The notes under the pieces: model-generated
Told to the model about the DNA's origin: nothing
Databases searched by the model: none
Seen by the model: only the letters and a program-made list of their open reading frames with translations
Position numbers and translations under genes: made by a program
Part shown: in pieces, positions 51,727-64,000 of the stretch
How positions within the stretch are numbered: the stretch's first letter is position 1
Layout of the letters: the number at the start of each line of letters is the position of its first letter
NCBI RefSeq assembly: GCF_009834535.1
Contig: NC_045696.1
Coordinates: forward strand, 98,520,001-98,584,000
Direction of reading: 5' to 3'
Length of the DNA stretch: 64,000 nt
Source: Camelus ferus
Taxonomy: Eukaryota

Positions 51727-52785
51727 TAAAATCCAGAGAGCCAGAGAGGGAGGGAGGGAGGAACAGAGGGAGAAGAAGGGAGGAAGGAAGTGGGGATGGG
51801 GGAGAGAGAGACAGAGACAGAGAGAAACCTCCACATTAATGCCTAACATAATTGTAAAAATACTCATCATATATAAAGATGTTTTGTGACACATGTGAAA
51901 CAAGTTAATTGTAGTGTCAGAGTTAATTATTGCTAATAACAGTGGTCATCACTTTGTGGCTTTTGAGACTGATTCTCTTAAACATCAAAGGTGCTCTGTG
52001 TGTTTGTCCATTTGTATGCAATGGAGGTTGGATTTTAAAGCCATTTATCTGCCAGTTTTATTAATTGCTTAACTTCCCAGAGGTTGGAACCAAATATATT
52101 TGCCTTGGAAGCGATGGAAACAAAGTGTTCACTCACCATAGAAAATATGCATCATGTTCTGCATTACACTGAGGGCTACCAAGAAGAGCTTTATTTATGC
52201 AAGGGTAGAGTTGGAAGAAAAGTGAAAGTCAATTGCCTGGTCTTTTTTTTTTTTTTTTTTTTTTTTTTGATGGAAACAAGCCAAGTGTAATCAATTATCC
52301 TTGGACATTTTGTAAAAGTAATTCTTTCTGTTGGTATTAATAATAGGTGTTCCACAAGAGAAGGACTGTCAGTCAGGGAGACGTAGACAGTGGGGAGGAC
52401 AAGCAGGAGGAGTGTGTGAGTTACAGAGTGGATAAGCGGGCAGCGTGGGTGTTCATTCCAGAACAGCGGTCGAAGGTGTGTGGAGAGTGAGGCTAATTAC
52501 CAGCTCGTTAATATGTCAGTAAGTTAGAACCTGCTAGTTCCCACTCTTTGGCGAACAGGATACATAAGCCAGAATTTATAAAGCAAAGTCCTTTTACTCT
52601 TTTTTTCTTCCCAAGATTCTCTCTTTCTGAATTTCTTTCATATTTCCCACTAAGTAGTGCTCTCCTGCCAACATGTCTCTTGGTCTTCAGCATGTTTCAA
52701 TTTCCTCATTTCTTCTACCCAAAGGGCTTCCATGTTTCGTCCGAAACCCTTTACTCATAGTGGAATTTGATCTGTTTTCACCTCC

Positions 52786-53286
52786 TGTTCCAGGACAGTT
52801 TTTCTTCTACCACAGGTTCAGATGGTTGGGGGGCCTTGCTGATAACCAAGAGAAAAAGACTAAAAAGTTTATTCATATGGGAATGAGTCACAAAAGTAGT
52901 GGTTCCCTGCATGGCTAGAGATAGAGGTTTATATTCCAACTTAATAGGGGAAAGGGAGCTGGCAGAAAGGGCTTCACTGGGAAGAACAAATGAGTTTATG
53001 GGGAAAAGACAAATGAGATTGTAAGGAACAAATGGAAGGTATGACAGTTTGTGATAATGTGTGTTTGTATAATTTATTCTGTTGTGTCAGTGGTTGCTTC
53101 CTTTCCTGGCTAAGAAACTGCCCCAGAAAAGGAACTTATGGTGGCCCTACTCTCAAAAGTTTCTCCCTTTGGTCAGATAAGGGAAGCTCCAAAAAGGCTT
53201 CTTTCTAGATGTGTTGTATCTCAGATGTCTTCATTTTGAAACAATCTTCGCCCATGCTGTCCTCAGCGCCCGGGAAAGAGCCTTCA
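52786..53286 (-). mobile_element. ERV1 MER4-group LTR (MER89/MER110-like)
   Basis: GGTCAGATAAGGGAAGCTCCAAAAAGGCTTCTTTC...CTCAGATGTCTTCA; minus-strand AATAAA. Confidence 0.7.
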
Positions 53287-53875
53287 GCGTGCCCCTCCGG
53301 CCCCACCATGAAGCCCATTCTGTAGCTCCCAGTCCTGCTGGGGGCTTTGTGGATGATTTTGGAAGGTTCAGCCCCAGCCCAAGGGGCTCCTGACATCAGC
53401 AGTATCTTGGACCACATTCTAGAAAAGGTGAAGGAGTTGGAAGACCCTGGAGGAGAAGACCCAGCATGTCACTGATCACATCAAACAGAACAGCATTCCT
53501 GACAGTTCTGGCACGGGACTTTCAGATGTGCTCCCCGAAGTAGAGAAGGGACTTAAGAATCCTTCCTCTTGAACACCAGGAAGGCCGCCCAGCTCCTCTG
53601 CAGCTGTGCCCCAGGAGGGGGCTCTAAAATTTCCCAGTCCCCTGCCCTTGTGCCAAGGACTTCCTCTATGATGTCCCATACCAGCACCCCCATCAAAAAA
53701 AATCGTAGGTAGGGAAAAAAAACCCCATAAAATAATCTTCAAGCCAACTCTGAGGGTCTGAGTGGGTCCCCATACTACAAAAGACCATGAATGAGTTTAA
53801 GGCAGCAGGTTGGAGTAAACCCTGACCGAGGATCTTGTTGACGTGAAGAAGTGACTATAAGAAGTCTTCAGATGT

Positions 53876-54435
53876 TGAAGGGAGCAGAATATGCCACCTC
53901 AAAATATGTCACTTTGGCATATTGGTTATGTTTAGCTGTAGACACTTGAAAAACAGCAAATAGAGCAGAGGATTTCTCTGGACTTCCCTTCTCCGCCTAA
54001 TGACAGATCCTCCCAAAGAACTCAATTGTAATAGATCCCCACTCAGGGACGTTCTTCAGCCAGGGGAGACTGACTCTCACCTCAGGGAGTGGTAATTAAG
54101 TACAAGTCCACATCACACTCAAACTTTGCCACTAACTATCACACCTTCCAGCTATTCTTCTAAGGGCCCAGTCATCTTTCCTAAAAATGATTCACTGTCC
54201 CCTAGGAGGCCCGCATCCCTCCCTCCCCTTCCCCTATTAAGATGGTATTTAATCCTGAATTTTAAGTCACCTTAGAGAGTTGCTCATTTTTCCCCTGGGT
54301 ATCTCCCATGTATCCATGAAGTATGCATGTTAATAAACTTGTGTTTGTTTCCCTCTTGTTTATCTGTTGTTTATTATAGTAGTTTCAGCTAAGAACTTAA
54401 AAGAATAGGGGAATAATTATTTTTCTTTCCCTACT
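53876..54435 (+). mobile_element. MER34-type ERV1 solo LTR
   Basis: TGAAGGGAGCAGAATATGCCACCTCAAAATATG...TTTCCCTAC; perfect TSD ATGT (53872-53875 / 54436-54439). Confidence 0.9.
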
Positions 54436-54938
54436 ATGTGTTTGGAGAAATAAAGAGAGAACTTAACTTGAACAGAGAGAAGTTTTTAGAAAAACAGAAC
54501 CAACTAATCAACCAAATGCACAAACAAAAAAAGCAGGACTCTCCCCTGATGAAGGTAGTTGAATGATGAGTGATCATGGAAGGGACAGTCTTAGGGGACA
54601 GTAGGGCCTAAATTGCCTTTCTTAGGGTCATTCCTTCTGCTTCTCTCTCACCTATCCATGGGATGGCCTTATCTGGATAAAACAGGGAAATCTGCCTTCA
54701 TAGATCAAAGAAAGAAAATTCAGACCTACTGAGTAGTTTGCACCATTTTGCCTTTTATTATTACAGTGTTAAAACAGGTGGATTTTTGTAGGGGCCAATT
54801 ACTGTACAGATAAATGCTACAAACCAACCCTGTAAATAGTGATGCTCCCAATTTGCCCCAGGTACATACTAATTGATGCACGGTGAGCATTTAAGAACCT
54901 GGGCTATACTGATTTTCATAAGTCTTGAAGGAGAGTGA

Positions 54939-55349
54939 TATTATGCCTTGAATTGTATCTCTGAAAAAGATATGTTGAAATCATAACCCTTGGTACCTGT
55001 GGCTGTGACTTTATTTGGAAATAGGGTTTTGCAGATGTAATGGAGTTAAGATGAGGTCATGCTGGGTTAGGGTGGACCCTGATCCGATATGATTTGGTGT
55101 CCTTATAAAAAGAGGAAAGAGACACAAAGGAGGTATGGCCATGTGAAGATGGAAGCAGGGAGCAGAGTTATGCTGGCACCAGAAACTAAGTGGCCAGGAA
55201 GTACCCTCTCCTAGGGGCCTCGGAGAGAGTGCAGCCCTACCAGCACTTTGATTTCAGACTGTTCTAGCCTCTGGAACTGTGAAATTCCTGTTGTTTAAAG
55301 TCACCCAATTTGTGACATTTTGTTATGGCAGCCCTAGGTAATTAATGCA
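54939..55349 (+). mobile_element. MLT1B/C-type solo LTR
   Basis: TTATTTGGAAATAGGGTTTTGCAGATGTAAT...GGCAGCCCTAGGTAATTAATGCA; TSD AGTGA / GGTGA. Confidence 0.9.
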
Positions 55350-56224
55350 GGTGATAAAACAGCTGTAGCTGTTCACCTGGCCAAAGCAGCTCTGCTTTCA
55401 AGCATCTGAATTTCTCAACTTCTCTTTTCAAAACCGAGAGCTTCCCACAATTGAATGCACTGTTGGTTATTTTATAGTCTTGGGTGAGATGTATTTTAAT
55501 TTAGATATGAGTCCCCTGTTGTTCTTTCTCAGTTGGTATAAAAAGTCAATTACACTTTGTGTTCTAAATACTTCACAAAAGGATCTCTGAATAAAATCCA
55601 ATGCAAGACAAAATTGAAGTGACACACTATTCAAATTCATTTAGTTCAATTCCACTTGAAACCTAGCGATACAACTTTAAACATTTATTTGTACCTTGCT
55701 TTTAGCAGAATAAGTATTGAAGACATCTATTTTAGGGTTAAAATAATTATTAGAGGCAATGGGTTTGATTTTAAAACACGGTTCAGTGCCACCTTCATAG
55801 TAGGTGCTAAGGATGAAAGGCTACTGTTTTGTTAAAGTAAAGGAATTTGTGAAGCAAAAAATGAGGTAAAACTGAAGTTTTGGCTGTTTGTACATAAATG
55901 CAATGTCTAGTCTAAAAGCATTTCATCATATGCTTGAGAAGTCAAGGTATTTTTGGTGATGAGCAAACACAGAGTACAAATGTAAAATAGTGAATTTTAA
56001 AATAGACTCTCTGCTGGGATCAGAAAGTTATTTTGGCATAGTTCAGACCCCTAATATTTTCATATTCTTATTCAGTTTTTAGCAGGAGGATAAAGTGTGT
56101 TGTAGTGATAAAATGAACATTCTTAAATGATAATAGAAAGTAGAGGAAACATTAAATGGCACAATGGGATGGAATCAGCAAAAAACTTTATAAGACAAAT
56201 GACCTGGTTCTTTCAATAAATAAA

Positions 56225-56279
<55 letters not shown>
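56225..56279. repeat. (CT)n(CA)n compound microsatellite within an L1M 3' fragment
   Basis: Seen directly. Confidence 0.9.
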
Positions 56280-56379
56280 AAGATGCAGGTAGAGCTGTAA
56301 ATTAAAAGGATCTTGAGAGACATATCAACCAATACCAAAGTGTGGATCCTACATTTCAGTCTTGAGTTAAGATTTTCCT

Positions 56380-56740
56380 TACTGCAAGGTCTTTGTACTT
56401 GTTGCCTCTACCTAGAGCCACTTTGCCTTAGCTATTTACAAGACTCCTTAAGAAAAAAAATTTATTCATGTCTCTGCACTAATTTCACTTCTTTGAGAAA
56501 GCCTTTTCCTGATCATTGTCTGACCCATGCTGTAACCCTCTACTATATTAAAAAAATTTCTTCATATCAGTGTATTTAATAATGATCCATTTCTTTTAAC
56601 CTGGGTATTGACACTACTACTGAAGGTAAGTTCTAAAAGTTCTAAAAGGTAAGGACTTTGTCTTTTTAAGTATAACGTTCCCACTTCCTAGAACAGTGTC
56701 TAGCATGCAGTTATAAATGTTAGTGAATGATCAATAAAAC
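56380..56740 (+). mobile_element. L2 3' end
   Basis: CCTAGAACAGTGTCTAGCATGCAG...AAATGTTAGTGAATGA. Confidence 0.7.
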
Positions 56741-57109
56741 TAAATATGTAAGGCATACTGGGTGGGTTCAGGGCCAGTGATTAGGGATTGTTGATTTGAC
56801 TGAATTGAACTTTAATGTAGGAAGTTGATTAGTAAACTTGTAAAACTAATTCAAAAACTAGATTTTTATAGGACCAAAAAAACTAGATTATATTTAGATA
56901 TTTTTGTCTTATAAACCATGTTGGATTCATTGCTCTTCAGGGGCAAATGCATTAAAATCATAATTACCTGGAAGTCTAAAAAGTAGTAGAGAAAAATAGA
57001 ATGAATATCTTGATTCGTCATAAGGCTGCTGAAATAAGGGACTTAGTTTTTATTCCTATGACTTTTCACCAATTACTACAAAACACTGCTTCAAAACTAA
57101 CAATGAACA

Positions 57110-57325
57110 GTAGTGATGGCTATCATTTACTCACCACTAGGGACTGGGTATCTGCCAGGAACATTATTTCTCTACCAGGAAGTTTGATTAATTTAAATCT
57201 CACAACTACACAGTGAAATATGTCTTACTGTCCTCATTTAACCTGTAAAGAGACTAAGGTTCAGAGAGCTTGAGCATCAGCTACAATGTCCTTACGTTCT
57301 AAGTGACAGAGCTAGAATGCAAATT
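57110..57325 (-). mobile_element. MIR SINE
   Basis: TCCTCATTTAACCTGTAAAGAGACTAAGGTTCAGAGAG. Confidence 0.7.
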
Positions 57326-57535
57326 GTATTTTTAAGTCAGCTAATTGATTGAAATTTAACATACAGAAAAAACTACACAAATATAAATGTACGGCTCAAT
57401 GAATTTTCACAGAGATGACATCCTCGTTCATACATAATATTACTTACACTGAGAAAGTGCTTCTTGTTTAACTTGTACCACGACCCAAGTCCTTCAGTGT
57501 TTTATCGTGGCTGAGACTGCCTCTCCCCTTACCTA

Positions 57536-58012
57536 TGTAAAAGAAGACTTGCACTGGACCAGTTAAACAGGCAAGGAAAACTTTATTCAAGATTATTACA
57601 GTGGAGGCAAGAAACTGAACTCCACTGAGACAAAAGGCAGGAGAGTTTTTAAGCATTGAGGTGAGTGAGGGGAAAGTGTGAGAGGCTGTTGCGGGAGGTT
57701 GGTCAGTGTGGTTGGGCCATCTGTGTTTGCTGATTGACACTTAGTAAACTTAGGCTCCTACCCTCCCATGAGACTAGGAGACAGAGCTGTTGTTTTTCTT
57801 GATTACACTTTGCAGAAATGGCTCCCAGGTCCTTTCAAAGACATTTTTGGGCTGTAGAAGATTTACATCTCAAAGGGGCAGAAAAAGAATTTATAATTAC
57901 AAGTTTCCTAAAGTAAATGGTCTAAGAAGAGGTAGATCTAGAGCCTGTAGTCAGGAAGAAACCCATTTAAAATTTAGTCAGACTGAAAGGACGCTTAAGG
58001 CCATCTTGGTCG
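57536..58012 (-). mobile_element. MER67(A/B)-like ERV1 solo LTR
   Basis: Reverse complement begins (C)GACCAAGATGGCCTTAAG...CTGACTAAATTTTA; perfect TSD CCTA (57532-57535 / 58013-58016). Confidence 0.85.
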
Positions 58013-58349
58013 CCTACCATTACTATTATTATCACATTTGTAGATTCACTTCCACCCTGAAGATGATCAAGTTCAGAGGACAGCTTTGCACAGCACCAGA
58101 AAGGAAACACTATCGTTACCTGGACATTTACAAATGCAATCACTCTGGTTTCTTCAAGGGGCAGGAATCTAGACCACAGTTAGACGGGTGGTAGGGGATC
58201 TGCAGGGCTTGGGCTTTTCAGTGAGGTTAAGGGAGCATTATTTGCCCAATTCTGTTTAGAGGATGGACTGTACACGTGGGCACCACAGAGCATAGGTCCT
58301 TGGGAGGTGATAACACGTAACAGGAAAAGGAAATCTTTAAAGATGTTAA

Positions 58350-58510
58350 GGGTAGTATAACAAGGTGCAACAACCTGAAACTAGACCATTAGGTTAGACA
58401 TTAAGAAAGTATTTCTAAATGTAGGGTTGATTAGATTTGGAAATAATTTGCTGGGGAAAGGTCGCTAAGGTCCTATCACTAGGAATACCCAAGAGTAGAT
58501 TAGATGAAAT
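58350..58510 (+). mobile_element. CR1/L3 LINE 3' fragment
   Basis: TTAGGTTAGACATTAAGAAAGTATTTCTAAATGTAGGG translates to an RLDIKKVFL-like CR1 ORF2 end. Confidence 0.7.
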
Positions 58511-59319
58511 ACAGATGGCTATTTATGGCCCAAATGACAAGGTCAAGCCCACAGTGATGCAGAGGAGCAGAATCTGTGCCCCGGAGATGTTTTTCCCCTC
58601 TGTGATAAGATCCACTCGGTTTTACAGAACAACAAAAACAAAAGCATCATAGTTTGTGATATTAAGTCTCAGTTGAGGATTCCCACAACAACAAAAATCA
58701 CATTTCTCTTTAACCTGTTTTCCTTTAAGCTAGCTTTTAGAGGGTAGATGTTTGCATCAGTGAAGAGAATGAAAATAGTGCTCATTTTACATTATAAGGA
58801 ATTCATTTGCAGCCAATGTGCTTATATTAACAAATTGTTATTTGGTTAGCAAATAGCCTGAGCGCTACTTTGTCTCTTTAATGGCCCTATTTAACAACTC
58901 AGTTTAGCTGGTTTTGCTTAATTTTCATGCTAATTTTAAGCTATTTCCATTCTTTGAAGTTTTAACAGTATTTTAAATTTAACAGTGTATTGATGTTTGC
59001 ATTTAATTTTTATTTGATTTAGTTTATTTTATTCAAAATGACTTGATTGTCACTTGATTGTTTTGCAAATCATGCAAAGGGTATTGGATGAAATTCCCCT
59101 GCAGAGGATTGATTTTCTATTTAAATGAATGCCAGAGCAGGCTCTTTTTACTTGGATGTAAATTCTCTGTAGTAAATCTGAGTATCTCTGAGTATCATCT
59201 TTCTTGTCCGAACAGGGAGGATTCTATACATAGGGTTTTGTGGCAGGTGTTTGTCAGGAACGTTGATTTGCTCTACGACCCTATCTCCTCTAACTCCTCC
59301 CTAATGGACTGCTTTTAGC

Positions 59320-59760
59320 CGTTCAGCCAATAATAAAGAGCACTTCTGTGTGCCAGGAATTGTTCTAGATGTTGCTTCACGTCACAGTGAGCCAGAACAA
59401 CAATGCTTGTGCCTTTATGGAACTTAATCCCAATGGGAGAGATGGACAATAGATAGGCAAGTAAATATGTAAAATAGTGTCAGGGCTGGGTAAGGATTGT
59501 TGAAGAAAATCAGGCAAAGTAAGGGAATGGGTGTTTGCATGTTTCGATAGATGCGGTGGGAGACCCCCTCTGAGGAGGAGACATCCCAGCAGAAATCTGC
59601 ATCCCTAAAAAGGTGACCCACGTGAACATCTGCGGGAAGGGGATTCTAGGCAGAGGTAATGGCACGTGGCGGGTCAGGACACTGGCTGGTTGGTTGGAGG
59701 AATGCAAGTGGGTCCAGCGTTGCTGGTGCGAAGAGAACAGAGGAAGCCGTGGGAGGATAC
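59320..59760 (-). mobile_element. L2 LINE 3' portion
   Basis: GAGCACTTCTGTGTGCCAGGAATTGTTCTAG...ATCTGCGGGAAGGGGATTCTAGGCAGAGG. Confidence 0.8.
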
Positions 59761-60499
59761 CGTGGCTCCCAATGTCTCTTTCCCAAGCGGGCTCTCTGGA
59801 TCGATGGACCAGATATGAATCAGTCCCCACAAGTTCTGCTCAATGTACTTTCTTTGTGTGAAAATCTTACTTTTTACTTAATTCTTTCTAGGGAACAAGT
59901 TGAACTGTTCAAATCTATATTATTTAAACATAACTCCACTGATAATCATTCATTCCACAAATATGTACAAGCACTGCTACTGTGTTACAAGCACTGTTTG
60001 AGGTCTTTATACAAAGTTTCTCTCAAAACCAGAGATTTCCTTCTTTCTAAGCAAATTTAATTCTATGCAATACAAGTAGATTTTAAACAATAAATATATA
60101 AATCTACTTTATGAGAAGCTGTTCTATGATTATTGTTCATTTATAATAGAATGCTGCTTAATCTCAATTACTATTTGAAAAAAGTATCCAATATTTTTGT
60201 TTTTCAGTGCTTTCTAATTGCTTCAGACATTGCTAGAATTTACCTTTTACCCTTTTTTAACTAAATTCATCTCAGCTGGATTAGTACAATTCCCTCCTGA
60301 TTAGCACTTCAGACATTTCAATTATAAGCCTTTAGTTAAGGCAGAATTATTACCTATTTTAAATGTTCATCTCCTATTACTTCTCCAAACACTGGCTTTG
60401 AGATTACCACACTTAAGAAACTAATCTGCTTTTCTGTATGTAAATTAGGTGAACTTTGGGATCTCAGATCTGTCAGATTGAGTAAATTTTTAGTGGCTG

Positions 60500-61124
60500 T
60501 GAGACAGGAAGGGGGCAGGGCACAGCCACTCAAGGAATGCCACAGCAGTTAATATCAAAATGGTGGAAGATTCATCCCCCAGTAGGCCTTGAGGCTCAGG
60601 ATGATGAGAGATTTAACTTCTAGTAAATCTTGAGCTTCATTATACGCCTATTGTAATATATTAACATGGTGAATAACACGCCCACAGGTGCCATGGCCGT
60701 CCCAAGGCTAGCCACAAAAGGTCAAAGGGTGGGAAATGGCCAACATCCTGGGAATCCCAGCCCTTTCCCCTTAGACTGGTCCTTCTACTTATTAGCATAT
60801 GAAGCCACCAAGCCCATAAAAATCATCAACACAGTGCCTCGCGGCCGCCCCTCTCTCTCTCCCTCTTCGGAGAGGGCCTGCATTCTGTCTATGGAGTGTG
60901 TACCTACTTTTAATCTGAGCACCCAACCCCCACACCTTGTGGCCTTTCTCTTGCCTTTCAATGTATCTCTCTGAATAAATCTACCTTCACTCAACTGTGG
61001 CTTACTCTTGAATTCTTTCCTGCCTGAAGCCAAGGACCCAACACTTGGCGGGGCACGTCCCAGGGGCTCAAATGAGACCTGGGACACAGCCCTTCTCATG
61101 CCCCACATCTGTTTTCCTGCAACA
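60500..61124 (+). mobile_element. MER41-like ERV1 solo LTR
   Basis: TGAGACAGG...CTGCAACA termini; perfect TSD GCTG; ACACGCCCACAGGTGCCATG, TTCTGTCTATGGAGT, AATAAA, CTTGAATTCTTTCCTG. Confidence 0.88.
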
Positions 61125-61379
61125 GCTGCATGCAGAAAAGATGGTGTATATATGTGGTTATCTGGCAAGACAGTCAGATAATTTACTGTAGAAAAAAAAA
61201 GATTAAAAAAAAGAAAACCTACTGAGCTTGGAGTGGGAGACCCAGGGTTTAGTTCTGACTCTGCCACCAACTATATACAATTTCTAGGGAAGCCTTTTAA
61301 ACTTTTGGAACTTCTGTTTACTCCCATGAATAACAGATTCTTCTCCTGCACAGATTTTTTTTAAGGTTTAGCTGAAACC

Positions 61380-62280
61380 AGAGAAAAGTTGGTATAGTAG
61401 TTAAGAACATTGGCCCTGGAATTTGTCTAGATCTAGTTTTATCTCAGCCCTGCTACTTAATGGTCTTGCATCTTGGGAAAATGAATTAGTCTCTTTGAGT
61501 CTCAGTTGCCTCATCTGAAGGATGGATCTAATAATACCTTTGTTCTGGTTAATGTATTGCTGTGTTTGCTGTGTAGCAAATCAGCCTAAAGCTTAGCAGT
61601 GTAAAGCAACAAACATTTCAGGATTCCATTTTGTGGTTCAGGAATTTAGGCAGAAATTAAGCTCCATGTTGACTAGAGCAGTCCATCTGGAAGCCTGAAT
61701 GGTCAGGGGTGGCAGGGATGGCATGATGTGGATGATGTATCTGGGGTCTTTGTGCTGGCTGGTCACTGGATTCCTCTGTTGTTCTTCATGTCGCTTCTGC
61801 TGGGGGTCAGTCTCAGATGACGTCACTCAAATGTCTGGTGCTTGGGCCAGTACAGCTAGGACAGTGGGGGCCAGGCCGCTCTTCCCGGTGGCCCCTGCAC
61901 GTGGTTTGCTTGGGATTCCTTACAGCATGGCCATCCCCAGGAGGCAGTCAGATTCCGTGGTGACTCACTCTCTCCAGAGGGAGCCTTTCATGAGGTTCTG
62001 GTAAAAGCTGCAAGGCTTGTTCTGATCCCCGCCTTGGAAGTTTTAGAACGTCACTTCTACCACATTATATTGTTCAAGTGAGTCTTCCAGGTCAGCCCAG
62101 ACTCAAAGGGTGATAACAGACTCTTTTTCTCAGTGAACCAATATCATATGTATACATGGAGGGAAAGTTTTGGTGTGGCCATCTTGGAAATAAATTCTCG
62201 CACTCTTCATAAAGTTATTGTGAATATCAGAAGAGCTGACTTCTGTAATACATGATTCACTCAGTAAATGGTGGCTATGA
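61380..62280 (+). mobile_element. MIR split by an MLT1 LTR
   Basis: TGAGTCTCAGTTGCCTCATCTGAAGGATGG...ATAATACC | TCATAAAGTTATTGTGAATATCAG. Confidence 0.75.
61541..62202 (-). mobile_element. MLT1 (F/G/H-like) solo LTR
   Basis: TGTGTAGCAAATCAGCCTAAAGCTTAGCAGTGTAAAGCAAC...GTCACTTCTACCACATTATATTG...GGCCATCTTGG. Confidence 0.8.
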
Positions 62281-62804
62281 CTCTATTACTGCGTGAAAAG
62301 GTATTTTTAAAAGAATGTGTTACTTGTAACATGGCATTATTATTATTAGTGGGAAAAGGATATACAATTGCTTTATCCTCTCTTTCAAAAAATTTAAATT
62401 CATAAAAACATAATTTCATTTTGTCCCATGCACAAGGTGATTATTTCCACACCTTAGACCAGATAAAACAGTAAACACTGTAGTTTCCCTCCTTATATGA
62501 GAAGCCTGAGGCCTAGGATGACAGAACTAATTTCCCAAGTCACAGGCAAATTGTGATAATAACTGATGTGTTCTTGCTACCTTTCAGCTATAATGATTAC
62601 ACTGAGGACGGCAAGTGTAGCAAGTCCTTGACCACGCCTTAACCCTCCCTAGTCCCATGACTTGCTCATTAATTATAATACTCTTTGCTGCTGAGGCAAA
62701 AGGCAGCCAGAGAATCCTCCTCAACAGTGTTTCGAGCATCCCTACAAATTGTCATGCAGGTCTGTACCTTTACTAGTGTCCACTCACTAACATATATTCA
62801 GAAG

Positions 62805-63010
62805 GAGTCATGATGTAGCACAAAGCAACACACACACACACACACACACACAGTGGCCTGGGAATTAGGAGACCAAGGGTGAAGATGTATTCCTGCTGCT
62901 TACTCTTCATGTCACCTTGGACAAATCATCTCACACAACTTTGCATCTCAATTTAATTATCTATATATAGATTTAAGTTTCTGTTCAGCTCTGAAATTTT
63001 ATGAAACTTG
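62805..63010 (+). mobile_element. MIR/MIR3 containing a (CA)n tract
   Basis: GGGAATTAGGAGACC...ACCTTGGACAAATCA; tail CAGCTCTGAAATTTTATGA. Confidence 0.65.
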
Positions 63011-63480
63011 GAACTTCCATGTAAGCTATTTCAAAAGGATCCTCCTGATACAAAGAGTCTAGAGATGCTTTTGCTGAAAATCCTGATTTATGAGAGACCT
63101 ACAGCCATGCAGGGACAGGAGCAATGTTGTGTTTTTATCTCCGATTTGAATTGAATATAGAAGATTATGAGTCAAAAATGGGATACTGATTTGTTAATTA
63201 GATCAAAAGTGTACATATTTTTGTCTACAGCATGTGAATCAGCCAGTTTGCAAACAGAAACAAAGAAATGACTCAGGGTAACAGGTAGATTTACTTTACA
63301 TCCCTAAGTTACTCAAAGGGAAGATTCTTTAGTATTTGTGCTAGAATGTCAGGTAACCATGAAATGTAAGTATCCATTTGACACATAGATATCTGTTGAA
63401 ATAACAGATGGCAGATGTTCATTAGCTGTTCTTTTATGGTGTCGAAATAGTCAATTCAGTAAATAAAATGTCACTAAATA

Positions 63481-64000
63481 TGTTGTTGGAGAGTATATAG
63501 TAAAGAATTTAACCTAGCCCAACCAGAGGGCTTGGTCTTTGTCCTAGGTTTCAAGGAAGTAATCTCTAAACCTTTGAAATGCCATGACTCTTAGAAGTAC
63601 CTTCATTTGCAGGGGATCTTGAGCCAGCCAGCTAGTAACAATGTGATGTAAGGTGAGGACTTGCAGTCATGGGCTATCAGTTGACCTCTAGAGGGGTTGA
63701 AGACTGAAATCAGCCACATGAGCAAATATGCCTATGTGCTAGAGTCCCAATAAAATGTCTGAACACCAAGGCTTGGTTGCAGTTTCCTGAGTGGCAATAC
63801 TCCATGTGTATTGTCATGCATGGATTTTAAGAAATTGTCACCATCCATGGCTTCACAGGGAAAGGACAATGGAAGCTGTGTATTTAGTACTTCCCCAGAC
63901 TCTGCCCTATGTGCTCCTTCCATATGTGCTCCTTCCCTTGTCTCATATAAATCTGTATACTTTCTTTATAATAAACCATAACCATGAGTATCACAATGTT
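63481..64000 (+). mobile_element. MER21C-like LTR, truncated by the window end
   Basis: GGTCTTTGTCCTAGG...AATCTCTAAACC...CCAATAAAATGTCTGAACACCAAGGCTTGG...GGCAATACTCCATGTGTATTGTC. Confidence 0.8.

Overview
AT-rich, repeat-dense, apparently gene-free mammalian genomic DNA. It is most likely from a camelid, based on one Vic-1-like tRNA-derived SINE with a target-site duplication (TSD), an artiodactyl-type L1 3' UTR, and no Alu, B1, Bov-A, CHR, PRE1 or Can-SINE copies. I found no credible protein-coding exon; every listed ORF falls in a repeat or looks like chance. The window is a mosaic of old eutherian elements (MIR, L2, L1M, CR1/L3, MLT1, LTR16, MER21, MER34/MER67-type solo LTRs, hAT MITEs) and a few younger insertions, separated by unique blocks that look like conserved enhancers. 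The best leads are: (1) an L1 whose 5' UTR is fused to late ORF2 at a CAAAAT microhomology (~31408); (2) an unexplained ~50-bp inverted repeat pair bounding 7526-8184; (3) candidate enhancers (RFX X-box at 10952, Hox/Meis motif blocks near 45 kb); (4) a MER41-like solo LTR; (5) an LTR-less ~4-kb ERV internal region. Repeat family names come from my recall of consensus sequences, not from a search, and boundaries without TSDs are approximate. I cannot support a novel biological system here.
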